The notes under the pieces: generated by a model
What the model was told of the DNA's origin: nothing
The model's input: only the letters and a program-made list of their open reading frames with translations
The model's database searches: none
Source: an uncultured Bacilli bacterium
GTDB taxonomy: Bacteria > Bacillota_I > Bacilli_A > RF39 > UBA660
Assembly: GCA_944358675.1 (NCBI GenBank)
Contig: CALVRN010000002.1
Coordinates: 43,955 to 107,954, forward strand
DNA length: 64,000 nt
Direction of reading: 5' to 3'
Shown here: positions 36,370 through 45,859 of the stretch, piece by piece
Position numbering within the stretch: the first letter of the stretch is position 1
Layout: each line of letters opens with the position of its first letter
Made by a program: the position numbers and the translations under genes

Positions 36370-37514
36370 TAGATAAATTAATTAGTAAAGTTTCCTTAAA
36401 TATCAAAGGAAAAAACATAAATAGATTCATCAAAAAATTAAGAAGCAAAAAAATAGACATACTATCACTAAAATATAAAGACCAAAATCAAGCTGATATT
36501 ATCATCTATAAAAAAGACTATGAAAAAGTTTTAAAAATTAAAAGTATTTACGAAGTAACTGAATTAGAAGTTTTTGGACTCATCAAAATCAAAAGAAAAA
36601 TAAAAATATCAAAACATCTAATCATTATTACCTTAATAGCCTTTATAATCTTTCTAATATTTACCCACGTTATCTTTAATGTCGAAGTCATTCATTCTAA
36701 TAAAGACATTAGAAACTTACTTCTAACAGAACTTGAAAAGGAAGGAATAAAAAAATATTCCTTTAAAAAATCATATAACCAAATTTCTAAAATAAAAGAA
36801 AACATTTTAAACAAATATAAAGACAAAATAGAGTGGTTAGAAATCGAAGAAAGTGGTACTAAATATACCATTAGAGTAGAAGAACGTACCATTGTAAAAA
36901 AAGATGAAGATAACACACCAAGAAATATCATAGCCAGCAAAGATGGAGTTTTAAAAAAAGTCATCGCTGAAAAAGGCGATATAGTCAAAGATATGAACGA
37001 CTATGTTAAAAAAGGTGACTTAATCGTAAACGGTGAATTAATCTTTAATAATAAGGTTACCGGTAAAGTAAAAGCTGAAGGCAAAGCCTATGCTGAAGTT
37101 TGGTATGTTACTAAAACTGAATATCCGTTTGCTACGTACACCGAAACTGAAACTGGTAAAGAAAAAGAAGTATATGCTATTAAATTTTTAAATCATACCT
37201 TTGAACTATCTTTAAATAAATTTAAAACCAAAAAAATAAAGGAGGAAGAAATTGTAAAACATCCTTTAATTCCAATAAAAATTGTTAAACAAAAACAAAA
37301 AGAAACCAACGTTATAGACCAAATATTAACCCCAGAAGAAGCCATAACTGAAGCTCAAGAAAAAGCCGAAGAAGATATTAAAAAAAACCTTTCAAAAGAT
37401 GAATATATCATTAGAAGTAAATATTTGAAAAGTACCGTAAAAGAGAGTATAGTAGAAGTGGAAATGTTCTTTGCGGTATATGAAGACATTACCGATTATG
37501 CGGAAATTAGGTGA
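36366..37514 (+). CDS. yqfD: sporulation protein YqfD
   Basis: 382 aa, single central TM, with typical YqfD layout and synteny. Confidence 0.75.
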   Translation: MIDKLISKVSLNIKGKNINRFIKKLRSKKIDILSLKYKDQNQADIIIYKKDYEKVLKIKSIYEVTELEVFGLIKIKRKIKISKHLIIITLIAFIIFLIFTHVIFNVEVIHSNKDIRNLLLTELEKEGIKKYSFKKSYNQISKIKENILNKYKDKIEWLEIEESGTKYTIRVEERTIVKKDEDNTPRNIIASKDGVLKKVIAEKGDIVKDMNDYVKKGDLIVNGELIFNNKVTGKVKAEGKAYAEVWYVTKTEYPFATYTETETGKEKEVYAIKFLNHTFELSLNKFKTKKIKEEEIVKHPLIPIKIVKQKQKETNVIDQILTPEEAITEAQEKAEEDIKKNLSKDEYIIRSKYLKSTVKESIVEVEMFFAVYEDITDYAEIR

Positions 37515-37520
37515 TGTAAG

Positions 37521-38132
37521 TTGATTAGAAGTAGTATTTTAGAAATATTAGGTGAAGTTTGGCCAACTATTTTAATTAGTAGTGTTATCGCCATCAGTAT
37601 GAGATTAGTATATTTAATTAAAAACAAACAAAAAATAATTTTATATAGAGAAATGCTTGCCTTAATATTTATTATTTATGTATTATGTCTATTCTATGTT
37701 GTAACCTTTGGAGATGTTGGATGGTCTAGTTCTAACTTTATTCCTTTTAAAGAAATGTTTAGATATTCTTTTGGAAGCGGACTATTCATCAAAAATGTTT
37801 TAGGAAACATAATAATGTTTGTCCCATATGGCTTTTTCGTTTCTTATTATTTAGATTTAAAAAAGCCATTATCCGCATTCTTACTAATCTTACTAGTATC
37901 CGCCTCTATTGAAACAACTCAATTATTAATCGGTAGAGTATTCGATATCGATGATATTATTTTAAACATTATTGGTGGAATGATAGGATTTGCTATATAT
38001 AAATTATTAGATCTAATCAATGACCACCTACCATCAGTATTGAAAAATCCTATTGTTTATAATATAATTATAGTGTTATGTGCTATATTTATGGCTATGT
38101 ATATGTTTAATTTAATTGAGTTAGGAGTATAA
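37521..38132 (+). CDS. VanZ-like membrane protein
   Basis: GRVFDIDDIILNIIGGMIGF motif, four to five TM segments, TTG start. Confidence 0.65.
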   Translation: MIRSSILEILGEVWPTILISSVIAISMRLVYLIKNKQKIILYREMLALIFIIYVLCLFYVVTFGDVGWSSSNFIPFKEMFRYSFGSGLFIKNVLGNIIMFVPYGFFVSYYLDLKKPLSAFLLILLVSASIETTQLLIGRVFDIDDIILNIIGGMIGFAIYKLLDLINDHLPSVLKNPIVYNIIIVLCAIFMAMYMFNLIELGV

Positions 38133-38581
38133 TGATGAATAATTTTGAAATATTCAATGAAACAGATGAAAAAATAGATATTGAGGAAGAAAAGAAAATA
38201 ATTGAATTTGCTTTAAAACACGAAAATTTAACTAATGTTACATTTAACGTAATATTTGTGGATAGTGAAAAAATTAAAGAGTTGAATAAAGATTATAGGA
38301 AAATAGATAGAGAAACCGATGTTATAAGCTTTGCTTTAGAAGATGGAGAAGCTAATATAAACTTTGAATTTGGTAGACTTTTAGGAGACATATATATATG
38401 TGTTCCAAAAATGAAAGCTCAAGCCAAAGAATATGGTCATAGTGTAGCAAGAGAAATGGGATTTTTAACAGTTCATGGATTACTTCATTTACTAGGATAT
38501 GATCACATGAATAAAGAAGAAGAAAAAGTAATGTTCACAAAACAGGAGGAGATTTTAGATGCCTACGGTCTCAAGAGATGA
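38132..38581 (+). CDS. ybeY: rRNA maturation endoribonuclease YbeY
   Basis: HGLLHLLGYDH zinc motif. Confidence 0.9.
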   Translation: MMNNFEIFNETDEKIDIEEEKKIIEFALKHENLTNVTFNVIFVDSEKIKELNKDYRKIDRETDVISFALEDGEANINFEFGRLLGDIYICVPKMKAQAKEYGHSVAREMGFLTVHGLLHLLGYDHMNKEEEKVMFTKQEEILDAYGLKR

Positions 38582-38960
38582 ATTAAAAAAGAAAGGGCTT
38601 CATAGACTATTCAAAAGTTTTACATATGCTTTTGATGGCTTAAAATACGCCTTTAAGTATGAACAAAATATCCTAGTCCATACTCTCGCAACCATTCTTG
38701 TCATTATAGCCGGAATCTTCTTTAAAATATCCCTTATGGAATGGCTAGTTTTAGCTTTAATAATCGGTTTAGTAATTGCAACTGAATTAATAAACACCAG
38801 TATTGAAGCAACTATCGATTTAGTTACTAAAGAAACCCATCCACTTGCCAAAATAGCTAAAGATACTGCCGCAGCCGCTGTTTTAGTCTTTGGACTAACT
38901 GCTATTGTCATTGGATGTATTATTTTCGTGCCAAAAATTTTAGTATTAATAGGAGGATAA
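38559..38960 (+). CDS. dgkA: diacylglycerol/undecaprenol kinase DgkA family
   Basis: 133 aa, three TM segments, ATELINTSIE motif. Confidence 0.8.
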   Translation: MPTVSRDELKKKGLHRLFKSFTYAFDGLKYAFKYEQNILVHTLATILVIIAGIFFKISLMEWLVLALIIGLVIATELINTSIEATIDLVTKETHPLAKIAKDTAAAAVLVFGLTAIVIGCIIFVPKILVLIGG

Positions 38961-38962
38961 AA

Positions 38963-39850
38963 ATGCGTTCAGGATTTGTAAGCTTTGTTGGAAGACCAAA
39001 TGTTGGTAAATCAACCTTAATAAATGAAATTGTTGGAAGTAAAATAGCTATAGTTTCTGACAAACCGCAAACAACAAGAAATATCATTCAAGGAATTTAT
39101 AACGATGATGACACTCAAATTGTGTTTGTCGATACCCCAGGTATTCATAAACCTACCCATAAACTAGGTCAAATATTAAATAGAGGAGCTTATTATAGTA
39201 TTGATGATGTCGATGTTATTTGTCTTTTAGTTGATGCGAAGGCTGGACTTGGTAAAGGTGATAAATATGTCATTGAAAGATTAAAAAAAATAGACAAACC
39301 AGTTATCTTAGTAATCAATAAAATAGATGGTTTATCTAAAGATGAAATATTCTTAAAAATAAATGAATATAAAGACCTATACAACTTTAAAGAAATAGTT
39401 CCTATATCTGCCTTAAAAAATAAAAACGTAGATGAATTAATTAAAGTAATCAAACAGTATCTAAAAGATAATATCAAATACTTTGATGACAGTATGATAA
39501 CTAATAGAAGTATGCAGTTTATGATTGCTGAAACTGTTAGAGAAAAAATATTGTGGTTAACCAAAGAAGAAGTACCACACTCAGTAACCTGTGTCGTTGA
39601 AAAAATAGTCAAAGATAAAGATAAAAACATCATTAATGTTGCTATTATTGTTGATAGAGATGCCCTAAAAAAAATCATCATCGGTAAAGGTGGCAGTATG
39701 ATTAAAAAAATTGGAACCATGGCTAGAAAAGATATAGAAAAAATTTTAGGAACTAAAGTTTACCTAGAATTATATGTTAAAACTATTGAAAAATGGCGCG
39801 ATAGAGAAAAATATCTAACAGAATTTAATTTTAATGATTTTACTGAATAA
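38963..39850 (+). CDS. era: GTPase Era
   Basis: GRPNVGKST, DTPG, NKID and a C-terminal KH domain. RBS AGGAGG precedes the ATG at 38963; the track ORF starts too early. Confidence 0.9.
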   Translation: MRSGFVSFVGRPNVGKSTLINEIVGSKIAIVSDKPQTTRNIIQGIYNDDDTQIVFVDTPGIHKPTHKLGQILNRGAYYSIDDVDVICLLVDAKAGLGKGDKYVIERLKKIDKPVILVINKIDGLSKDEIFLKINEYKDLYNFKEIVPISALKNKNVDELIKVIKQYLKDNIKYFDDSMITNRSMQFMIAETVREKILWLTKEEVPHSVTCVVEKIVKDKDKNIINVAIIVDRDALKKIIIGKGGSMIKKIGTMARKDIEKILGTKVYLELYVKTIEKWRDREKYLTEFNFNDFTE

Positions 39851-39890
39851 AAAATCAAACAAATCACCACAATATTAATAGGTGATGAAA

Positions 39891-40013
39891 ATGGACAAAA
39901 ACGATCTGTGGAATTTATTTAGATTAACTGGAAAAATAGAATATTATTTAAAATATAAAGAAAAAGAGGGAGAAGATGAATCTAGAAGAAGTAACGGGAA
40001 TAATCGCGAGTGA
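39891..40013 (+). CDS. yqzL: YqzL-like small protein (40 aa, not in ORF track)
   Basis: MDKNDLWNLFRLTGKIEYYLKYKEKE fits the YqzL pattern W..F..TG.I..YL.YK. RBS AGGTGA lies 5 nt upstream. Sits between era and recO as in B. subtilis. Confidence 0.6.
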   Translation: MDKNDLWNLFRLTGKIEYYLKYKEKEGEDESRRSNGNNRE

Positions 40014-40716
40014 AACAAACTATGGAGAAACTAGTAAAATATTAAATGTCATAACTAAAGAAAAAGGTTTAATTTCAATGATGGCTAAAGGGTGTAAAAA
40101 TCTTAAAAGTCCCTTAAGAAGTGTTTCCTCAAAATTAACCTATGGAACATTTATTATTTACTATAAAGAAAATAAAATATCTACCTTAAAAGAAGTAAGC
40201 ATTTTAGATAATTTTAAAAATCTAAAAAAAGATATCACATCTATTAGTTATGCCGCTTATATGTTGGAACTTAGTGAAGGTGTAATCAAACAAAATAATA
40301 ACCCCCATATATTTGATTTATTAATTCAAAGTTTAAAAAAAATTAACGAAGGATTTGATCCTTTAGTCATCATGAATATTTTAGAACTTAAATATTTAGA
40401 ATATCTTGGAGTAATGCCAATAATTGATTCTTGCGCTATATGCGGAAAAAAAACAGGCATTGTCACACTATCTAGTTACCGTGGTGGTTATGTTTGTAAA
40501 GACTGTTACACCAATGAAACTATGGTATCAGATAAAACTATTAAATTAATTAGAATGTTTTACTATGTTGATATTGAAAAAATATCCAAATTAGATATCA
40601 GTCCAAAATCTAAAAATGAAATCAATCACTTTTTAGATGATTACTATTCTAGATATACTGGCTTATATTTAAAAAGCAAAAATTTTATTAAAAATTTACA
40701 AAAATTAACAAATTAA
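39976..40716 (+). CDS. recO: DNA repair protein RecO
   Basis: N-terminal OB region and a CAICG...CKDC zinc motif, with synteny. Confidence 0.85.
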   Translation: MNLEEVTGIIASETNYGETSKILNVITKEKGLISMMAKGCKNLKSPLRSVSSKLTYGTFIIYYKENKISTLKEVSILDNFKNLKKDITSISYAAYMLELSEGVIKQNNNPHIFDLLIQSLKKINEGFDPLVIMNILELKYLEYLGVMPIIDSCAICGKKTGIVTLSSYRGGYVCKDCYTNETMVSDKTIKLIRMFYYVDIEKISKLDISPKSKNEINHFLDDYYSRYTGLYLKSKNFIKNLQKLTN

Positions 40717-40717
40717 C

Positions 40718-40746
40718 TTGACTAACATAAAAGAAAAACATAAAAT
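40718..40746 (+). promoter_or_regulatory. sigma-A-type promoter of the glyQS leader
   Basis: TTGACT-17-TAAAAT directly after the recO stop. Confidence 0.5.
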
Positions 40747-40749
40747 AAA

Positions 40750-40876
40750 AATGTATATTGAAAGGCGATAATCTGTGTGGAAAGCAGGGAGTCATATATT
40801 AAAGAGAGATTCTTCTAGAATAAATAAGGTGGAACCGCGGTAATACCGTCCTTATATATTGCTAGGAGTTTTTTTA
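40750..40876 (+). promoter_or_regulatory. T-box leader upstream of glyQS (compact)
   Basis: AAGGTGGAACCGCGG (40826-40840) matches the T-box sequence. T7 run at 40869-40875. GTGGAAAGCAGGGAG resembles a Stem I distal loop. A GGC triplet lies in GAAAGGCGA at 40760-40768. Confidence 0.7.
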
Positions 40877-40890
40877 TTAGGAGGTATAAC

Positions 40891-42261
40891 ATGGAAAAAA
40901 TAACAATGGACAAATTAGTAAGTATTTGTAAACAATATGGTTTCATATTTCAAGGTAGCGAAATTTATGGAGGACTTGCCAATACTTGGGATTATGGACC
41001 ACTTGGAGTAGAACTAAAAAATAATTTAAAAAAAGCTTGGTGGAAGAAATTTATCCAAGAAAGCAAACATAGCTATGGTGTTGATGCCGCTATTTTAATG
41101 AACCCAAGAGTCTGGGAAGCATCAGGCCACGTTCAAAATTTCTCAGACCCACTAATCGACTGTAAAGAATGTAAATCAAGACAAAGGGCTGACAAATTAG
41201 TTGAAGCTGTAAACCCAGAAATAGATGGTGACTCTATGAGTGATGAAGAATTATATAATTATATCATAGAAAAGGACATCAAATGCCCAAAATGTGGTAA
41301 ATCAAACTGGACTAAAATCAGACAGTTTAACTTACTTTTCGAAACAAGTAGGGGAGTTATTAAAGATGATTCATCTAAAGTTTACTTAAGAGGTGAAACA
41401 GCTCAAGGAGAATTTGTTAATTTCTTAAACGTTCAAAAATCTATGCGAACAAAATTACCATTTGGTATTGGTCAAGTAGGTAAAGCTTTCAGAAATGAAA
41501 TCACCCCAGGTAACTTCACTTTTAGAACAGTAGAATTTGAACAGATGGAGCACCAACTGTTCTGTAAAGATGAAGATTCAATGAATTTCTATGAAAATTA
41601 TAAACAAAAAGCTTGGAATTTCTTAATCAGTTTAGGCATCAAAGAAGATGATATTAGATTTAAAGATCATGAAAAATTAGTCTTCTATTGTAAAGCTGCT
41701 TGCGATATTCAGTATAGATTCCCATTCGGTTTTGATGAACTTTGGGGAACCCATCATAGAGGTACATACGACCTATCTAGACACGAAGAATATTCAGGTA
41801 GTCAAATGCGTTATTTAGACCCAGACACTAACGAAAAAATCTTACCAACTGTTGTTGAATCAAGTGTTGGAGCCGACCGCCTAGCTTTAGCTATTTTATG
41901 TAATGCTTATGAAAACGAGACCTTAGAAGATGGAACTACTAGAGAGGTTATGCATTTTCATCCTTTCTTAGCTCCTTATAAAGCCGCTATTTTACCACTT
42001 GTCAAAAAACATCATAAAGAAAAAGCCGAAGAAGTATATGATATGCTTTCTAAAGACTTCATGATAACCTATGATGAAACAGGAAACATTGGTAAAAGAT
42101 ATCGTAGACAGGATGTTGCTGGAACTCCATTTTGTATAACTGTTGATGATGAAACCATTAATAATGGTACTGTAACTGTTAGAGATAGAGATACCATGAA
42201 ACAAGATGTCATTAAAGTAGAGGATTTAAAAGATTACTTAAATGAAAAAGTAAAATTTTAA
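40891..42261 (+). CDS. glyQS: glycyl-tRNA synthetase, dimeric (GlyQS) type
   Basis: 456 aa. GLANTWDYGPLG, FRNEITPGNFTFRTVEFEQME, and a C-terminal anticodon-binding domain. Confidence 0.9.
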   Translation: MEKITMDKLVSICKQYGFIFQGSEIYGGLANTWDYGPLGVELKNNLKKAWWKKFIQESKHSYGVDAAILMNPRVWEASGHVQNFSDPLIDCKECKSRQRADKLVEAVNPEIDGDSMSDEELYNYIIEKDIKCPKCGKSNWTKIRQFNLLFETSRGVIKDDSSKVYLRGETAQGEFVNFLNVQKSMRTKLPFGIGQVGKAFRNEITPGNFTFRTVEFEQMEHQLFCKDEDSMNFYENYKQKAWNFLISLGIKEDDIRFKDHEKLVFYCKAACDIQYRFPFGFDELWGTHHRGTYDLSRHEEYSGSQMRYLDPDTNEKILPTVVESSVGADRLALAILCNAYENETLEDGTTREVMHFHPFLAPYKAAILPLVKKHHKEKAEEVYDMLSKDFMITYDETGNIGKRYRRQDVAGTPFCITVDDETINNGTVTVRDRDTMKQDVIKVEDLKDYLNEKVKF

Positions 42262-42286
42262 AACTATTTAATATTAGAAAGGAAGA

Positions 42287-43153
42287 ATGCTTGTGCGAAA
42301 AATTACATTATCCAAAAACAATTTTGTAAAAGCAATATTTACTAATATAAGTGCATATGAACTTCATAAATTATTAAATATATCCATAAGTAATATTCCT
42401 ATAATAATATTGAATAAAAATCTAATAGACTTAACTGAAGAAGATTCGGATAGTGGGGCCGCAGTATTCACAATCATTGGACAAAATAAACATTTAAAAA
42501 TTAAAAATAACAAACATCCAAAAGGTATTGATGAAAAAAAATTATCTAAAGATACTATTTTAAAAAGTCAAAAAGAAACTTTAAATCAAAAGAAAATAGA
42601 AGTTAAACATTCAAAGGAACATAAATCCATTCGTGTTTCAGAGCAAAAAAATCTATTTACTAAAGTTATTACTATAACTCCATATATTAGTCCTAAACAC
42701 AAAATGATTATGGGAGAAATTCAAAAAGATCAAATAAATAAGCTAAAACAGTTAAAGCAAAAAGAAAAACATCCAAAAGTGGCAGTTAAAAAAGTAAATC
42801 CTACTATAAAAAAGAGTGAGAATAAAATAAATAAACCATCTGTTACTTATATTTCTAAAATAGAAAAATCAAAAGAAAATACTAATAAAGTTATTAAAAA
42901 AACAAGTCAGCCAAAAATAAGTAAGGTAAAGCCAAAACAGCCAAGATATAGTCTTCAAAAGAAAAGTTCACCGGGATTAGTCGCCTTATTTAGCGCTACT
43001 ATTGCATCAGTCCTATTTAGTATTGGACTTGCTGGAATAATTGGTCATAAGAAAACACTACCAAATGTGTTAATCGCATCATCCCTTGCCATTATAGGTC
43101 TTGGAATGCTTGCTAATAAAAAAACACATAACAAAAGACTTGTAAAAAAATAA
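42287..43153 (+). CDS. K-rich hypothetical protein with C-terminal TM pair
   Basis: 288-aa ORF with RBS and two hydrophobic helices at the C-terminus. Confidence 0.4.
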   Translation: MLVRKITLSKNNFVKAIFTNISAYELHKLLNISISNIPIIILNKNLIDLTEEDSDSGAAVFTIIGQNKHLKIKNNKHPKGIDEKKLSKDTILKSQKETLNQKKIEVKHSKEHKSIRVSEQKNLFTKVITITPYISPKHKMIMGEIQKDQINKLKQLKQKEKHPKVAVKKVNPTIKKSENKINKPSVTYISKIEKSKENTNKVIKKTSQPKISKVKPKQPRYSLQKKSSPGLVALFSATIASVLFSIGLAGIIGHKKTLPNVLIASSLAIIGLGMLANKKTHNKRLVKK

Positions 43154-43185
43154 AAGATATATCAAATTCAAAATGATATATCTTT

Positions 43186-44472
43186 TTAACTATTTAAATA
43201 TTCATCTATTGCTAAAGCAATTCCTTTCGCATATCCTTTGGGATTATCCAAAATATTTTCAAGCTCTTTAACATTATCAATATAACCAAGTTCTAACAAA
43301 TATCCTTCAGCAGTATTGTTGGAATTATAATAAGGGTTTTCATCATATTTAGTATTACTACCATCCACATAAGCATGGGTCGCAATACCACCAATCTCTC
43401 TAATCATATAATAATAAGGTGTTACCCCATCATCTGAAAATCTTTGATAAATTCCATCTTCTACCTTAAACTCTTCCTTAGTAGAAGTAGAAGTTTTCCC
43501 ATATTTACAAACATTTTCAACAAATAATTTAGCTAAATCAAACTTACTATCACCAGCCACATAAACCTCTAAACCATGAGTAGAAGACATACCGCCAGGC
43601 ACATTGGTCGAATTGTGATGAAGCGCAATATTAAATTTAGACTTAGTCGCATTTGCTGTCGTTCCACTGCCCATTTTACCATAAGTAGGAACTGTATCAT
43701 CTTTACTATCTCTAGTTAATTTAACCTTATATCCTAAACTTTCTAATTCATCTTTTAAAGCCTTAGAAACTGTAAAATTAATATCAGATTCCTTATAAGC
43801 CTTACTTCTAGGGCATTCACCCAAACTATTAGGAACATCACCATTCTCACATACAATCATACCCACATCATTTCCATCATGCCCAGGATCTATTGTAATA
43901 TCATAAACATCATCAGGTAATTTAGTATTTTTAATATGAAAACCTAAAATTTCATTACCTTGATACTGATCCCAAGTAATATCAATTACTTTATTACTAT
44001 TATTTTTAGTCAAAGAATAATACGTTAAATCATTATACTTAGTATCGTTAATAAGAGGAAAATACTTAACTTCATCATCCTTATTAACCTTTATTAAAAA
44101 ATAATAAGTACCACTATCTAAATTTTCTAAGTTAATTCCATCATTTATATAATCACTTGTTTTAAAAGTATATTCATTATCGGAATTTTCAAGTTTCCAT
44201 GAAATACTTTCTTCTTTAAAACCATTAGTTAATACAAGCTTTGGATCACTTAAACTATCATCTAACTTAAAATTACCTTCAAAATTCATATGAATACCAT
44301 AAATATCATAGTAGGTAATATTCCCATTTAACGTATAATCTATCTTACTCAAAAAAGAATTATTATTTAAAAAGAAATAAAAAGTTCCTATTACCCCAAC
44401 AATCATTAAAAATAATATAATTTTTATAATAAATCTTCTTCGTTTATTTTTCCTATTTTTTCTTTTTGCCAT
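43186..44472 (-). CDS. N-acetylmuramoyl-L-alanine amidase (Amidase_3), membrane anchored
   Basis: ITIDPGHDGND, NIALHHNS, and the C-terminal LELGYIDN pattern. Confidence 0.8.
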   Translation of the reverse strand: MAKRKNRKNKRRRFIIKIILFLMIVGVIGTFYFFLNNNSFLSKIDYTLNGNITYYDIYGIHMNFEGNFKLDDSLSDPKLVLTNGFKEESISWKLENSDNEYTFKTSDYINDGINLENLDSGTYYFLIKVNKDDEVKYFPLINDTKYNDLTYYSLTKNNSNKVIDITWDQYQGNEILGFHIKNTKLPDDVYDITIDPGHDGNDVGMIVCENGDVPNSLGECPRSKAYKESDINFTVSKALKDELESLGYKVKLTRDSKDDTVPTYGKMGSGTTANATKSKFNIALHHNSTNVPGGMSSTHGLEVYVAGDSKFDLAKLFVENVCKYGKTSTSTKEEFKVEDGIYQRFSDDGVTPYYYMIREIGGIATHAYVDGSNTKYDENPYYNSNNTAEGYLLELGYIDNVKELENILDNPKGYAKGIALAIDEYLNS

Positions 44473-44663
44473 AAACCATACTTCCTTTAACTCATTATAC
44501 CAAAACTAGAGTATTAAGTTAAAAGATAAGAACAAAAATTTAGTATTATATGTCTTACTTTACACAAAATAAGAAAAGAAAACAAAAAAGCATTTTCTTT
44601 TTTTCAAAACTATGATAAAATTAAATATAGCAAAATAGTTTATAAAACTTAAGGAGGATAAAT

Positions 44664-45068
44664 ATGGGTTTAATAAAAAAAATCATGGGTGAAGAAGAAG
44701 ATGTTTTTGCTGCACCATCAAATGATCAATACTATGATTTAAAAGCGGAGGAAGCTCTAACAGAAGAAGGCGGAGCTAAAATGATTTTATTAGAACCAAG
44801 AGCTTACTCTGAATCACAGCAAATAGCTGATCACTTAAAGAAAAGAAATACTGTTGTTGTTAACTTAAAAAGAGTTACCCCTGAACAAGCAAAAAGAATA
44901 GTTGATTTCTTAAGTGGTACAATTTATGCAATTGGTGGGGATTTGCAAAAAATTGGTGGTGGAATTTTCTTATGTACACCAAATAACGTTAGTGTTCAAG
45001 GAAAAATAACTAATGATACTGAAGGAAAAGGTATTCACGATAACAATAATATAGATATAGAGTGGTAA
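44664..45068 (+). CDS. sepF: cell division protein SepF
   Basis: [28 protein letters not shown]...[17 protein letters not shown]. Confidence 0.85.
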   Translation: MGLIKKIMGEEEDVFAAPSNDQYYDLKAEEALTEEGGAKMILLEPRAYSESQQIADHLKKRNTVVVNLKRVTPEQAKRIVDFLSGTIYAIGGDLQKIGGGIFLCTPNNVSVQGKITNDTEGKGIHDNNNIDIEW

Positions 45069-45108
45069 AAGAATATAGGGCGCACATCGCCGAGGTGAGG
45101 TCGAGTTT

Positions 45109-45588
45109 ATGGAAAAATTTACAAGAGTCATGAGAGGTTATGATCCTGATGAAGTCAACAACTTTTTAGATCAAGTTATCAAAAGGGTCGAAAAAATGAT
45201 AGCTGACATAGATGCTAAAAACAAATTAATTGTCGATAAAAATGATGAAATTAGACGTTTAAAATCAAAATTAGAAGAAACAAATGCCCTAAAAGAAAAA
45301 CTCGAACAATATGAACGTATGGAAAGCACTTTAAATAGGGCAATCCTAATGGCTCAAAAGACCTCAGATCAATTAAAAGTTGCTGCTAGTCGTGAAAGCG
45401 AAATAATTATAGATGATGCTAAGAAAAATGCAAGTAGAATTGTCAATGATGCTTTAATGAAAGCTGAAAAAATAGAAAACGATGCTGACATGGTAAAAAG
45501 AAACATTAATGTTTTAAAACGTAGGCTTAAAAACATCATTGAATCACAACTTGACATTATAAATGACATTGATAAATTAGATATATAA
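45109..45588 (+). CDS. divIVA: DivIVA-domain cell division protein
   Basis: FTRVMRGYDPDEVNNFLDQV followed by coiled coil. Confidence 0.8.
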   Translation: MEKFTRVMRGYDPDEVNNFLDQVIKRVEKMIADIDAKNKLIVDKNDEIRRLKSKLEETNALKEKLEQYERMESTLNRAILMAQKTSDQLKVAASRESEIIIDDAKKNASRIVNDALMKAEKIENDADMVKRNINVLKRRLKNIIESQLDIINDIDKLDI

Positions 45589-45619
45589 AAGCAAAAGATA
45601 GAGACGTTATATTAAACAA

Positions 45620-45802
45620 AAGTTTAAAGAGAGTTAGTGGCGGGTGAGAACTAATAACTTTTTAATATATGGATCACTCTTGATGCTTCTTTTTGAAACA
45701 AAGTAAATAAGAACGGTAACGCGTTATAGTTATTAAGTGTATTTTTAAAATAAAATAAGGTGGTACCGCGGGAAAACTCGTCCTTAAATAGGACGTTTTT
45801 TT
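45620..45802 (+). promoter_or_regulatory. T-box riboswitch, isoleucine specifier (AUC)
   Basis: AAAGAGAG (45626-45633). ATC followed by A, then CTCT pairing back to AGAG (specifier 45673-45675). T-box AAGGTGGTACCGCGG (45757-45771). Terminator CGTCCT-5 nt-AGGACG plus T7 (45779-45802). Confidence 0.85.
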
Positions 45803-45859
45803 GTTGATTTCATTGTGAAAATAATACCTATATGCTATAATAAAAAGAAGGTGAATGAA

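Noticed and set aside
39193-39720. Long antisense ORFs in the supplied track. This is the 175-aa example opposite era. Others are 1111-1326, 2187-2450, 4266-4529, 8928-9212, 10494-10778, 13638-13928, 16098-16484, 19173-19487, 19965-20285, 27189-27518, 31994-32377, 32882-33178, 36692-36988, 38600-38911, 50301-50630, 54197-54487 and 54794-55063.
   Set aside because: All lie wholly inside, and opposite to, genes with clear family signatures. They lack RBSs and encode low-complexity S/I/L/F-rich sequence typical of shadow frames in AT-rich coding DNA.
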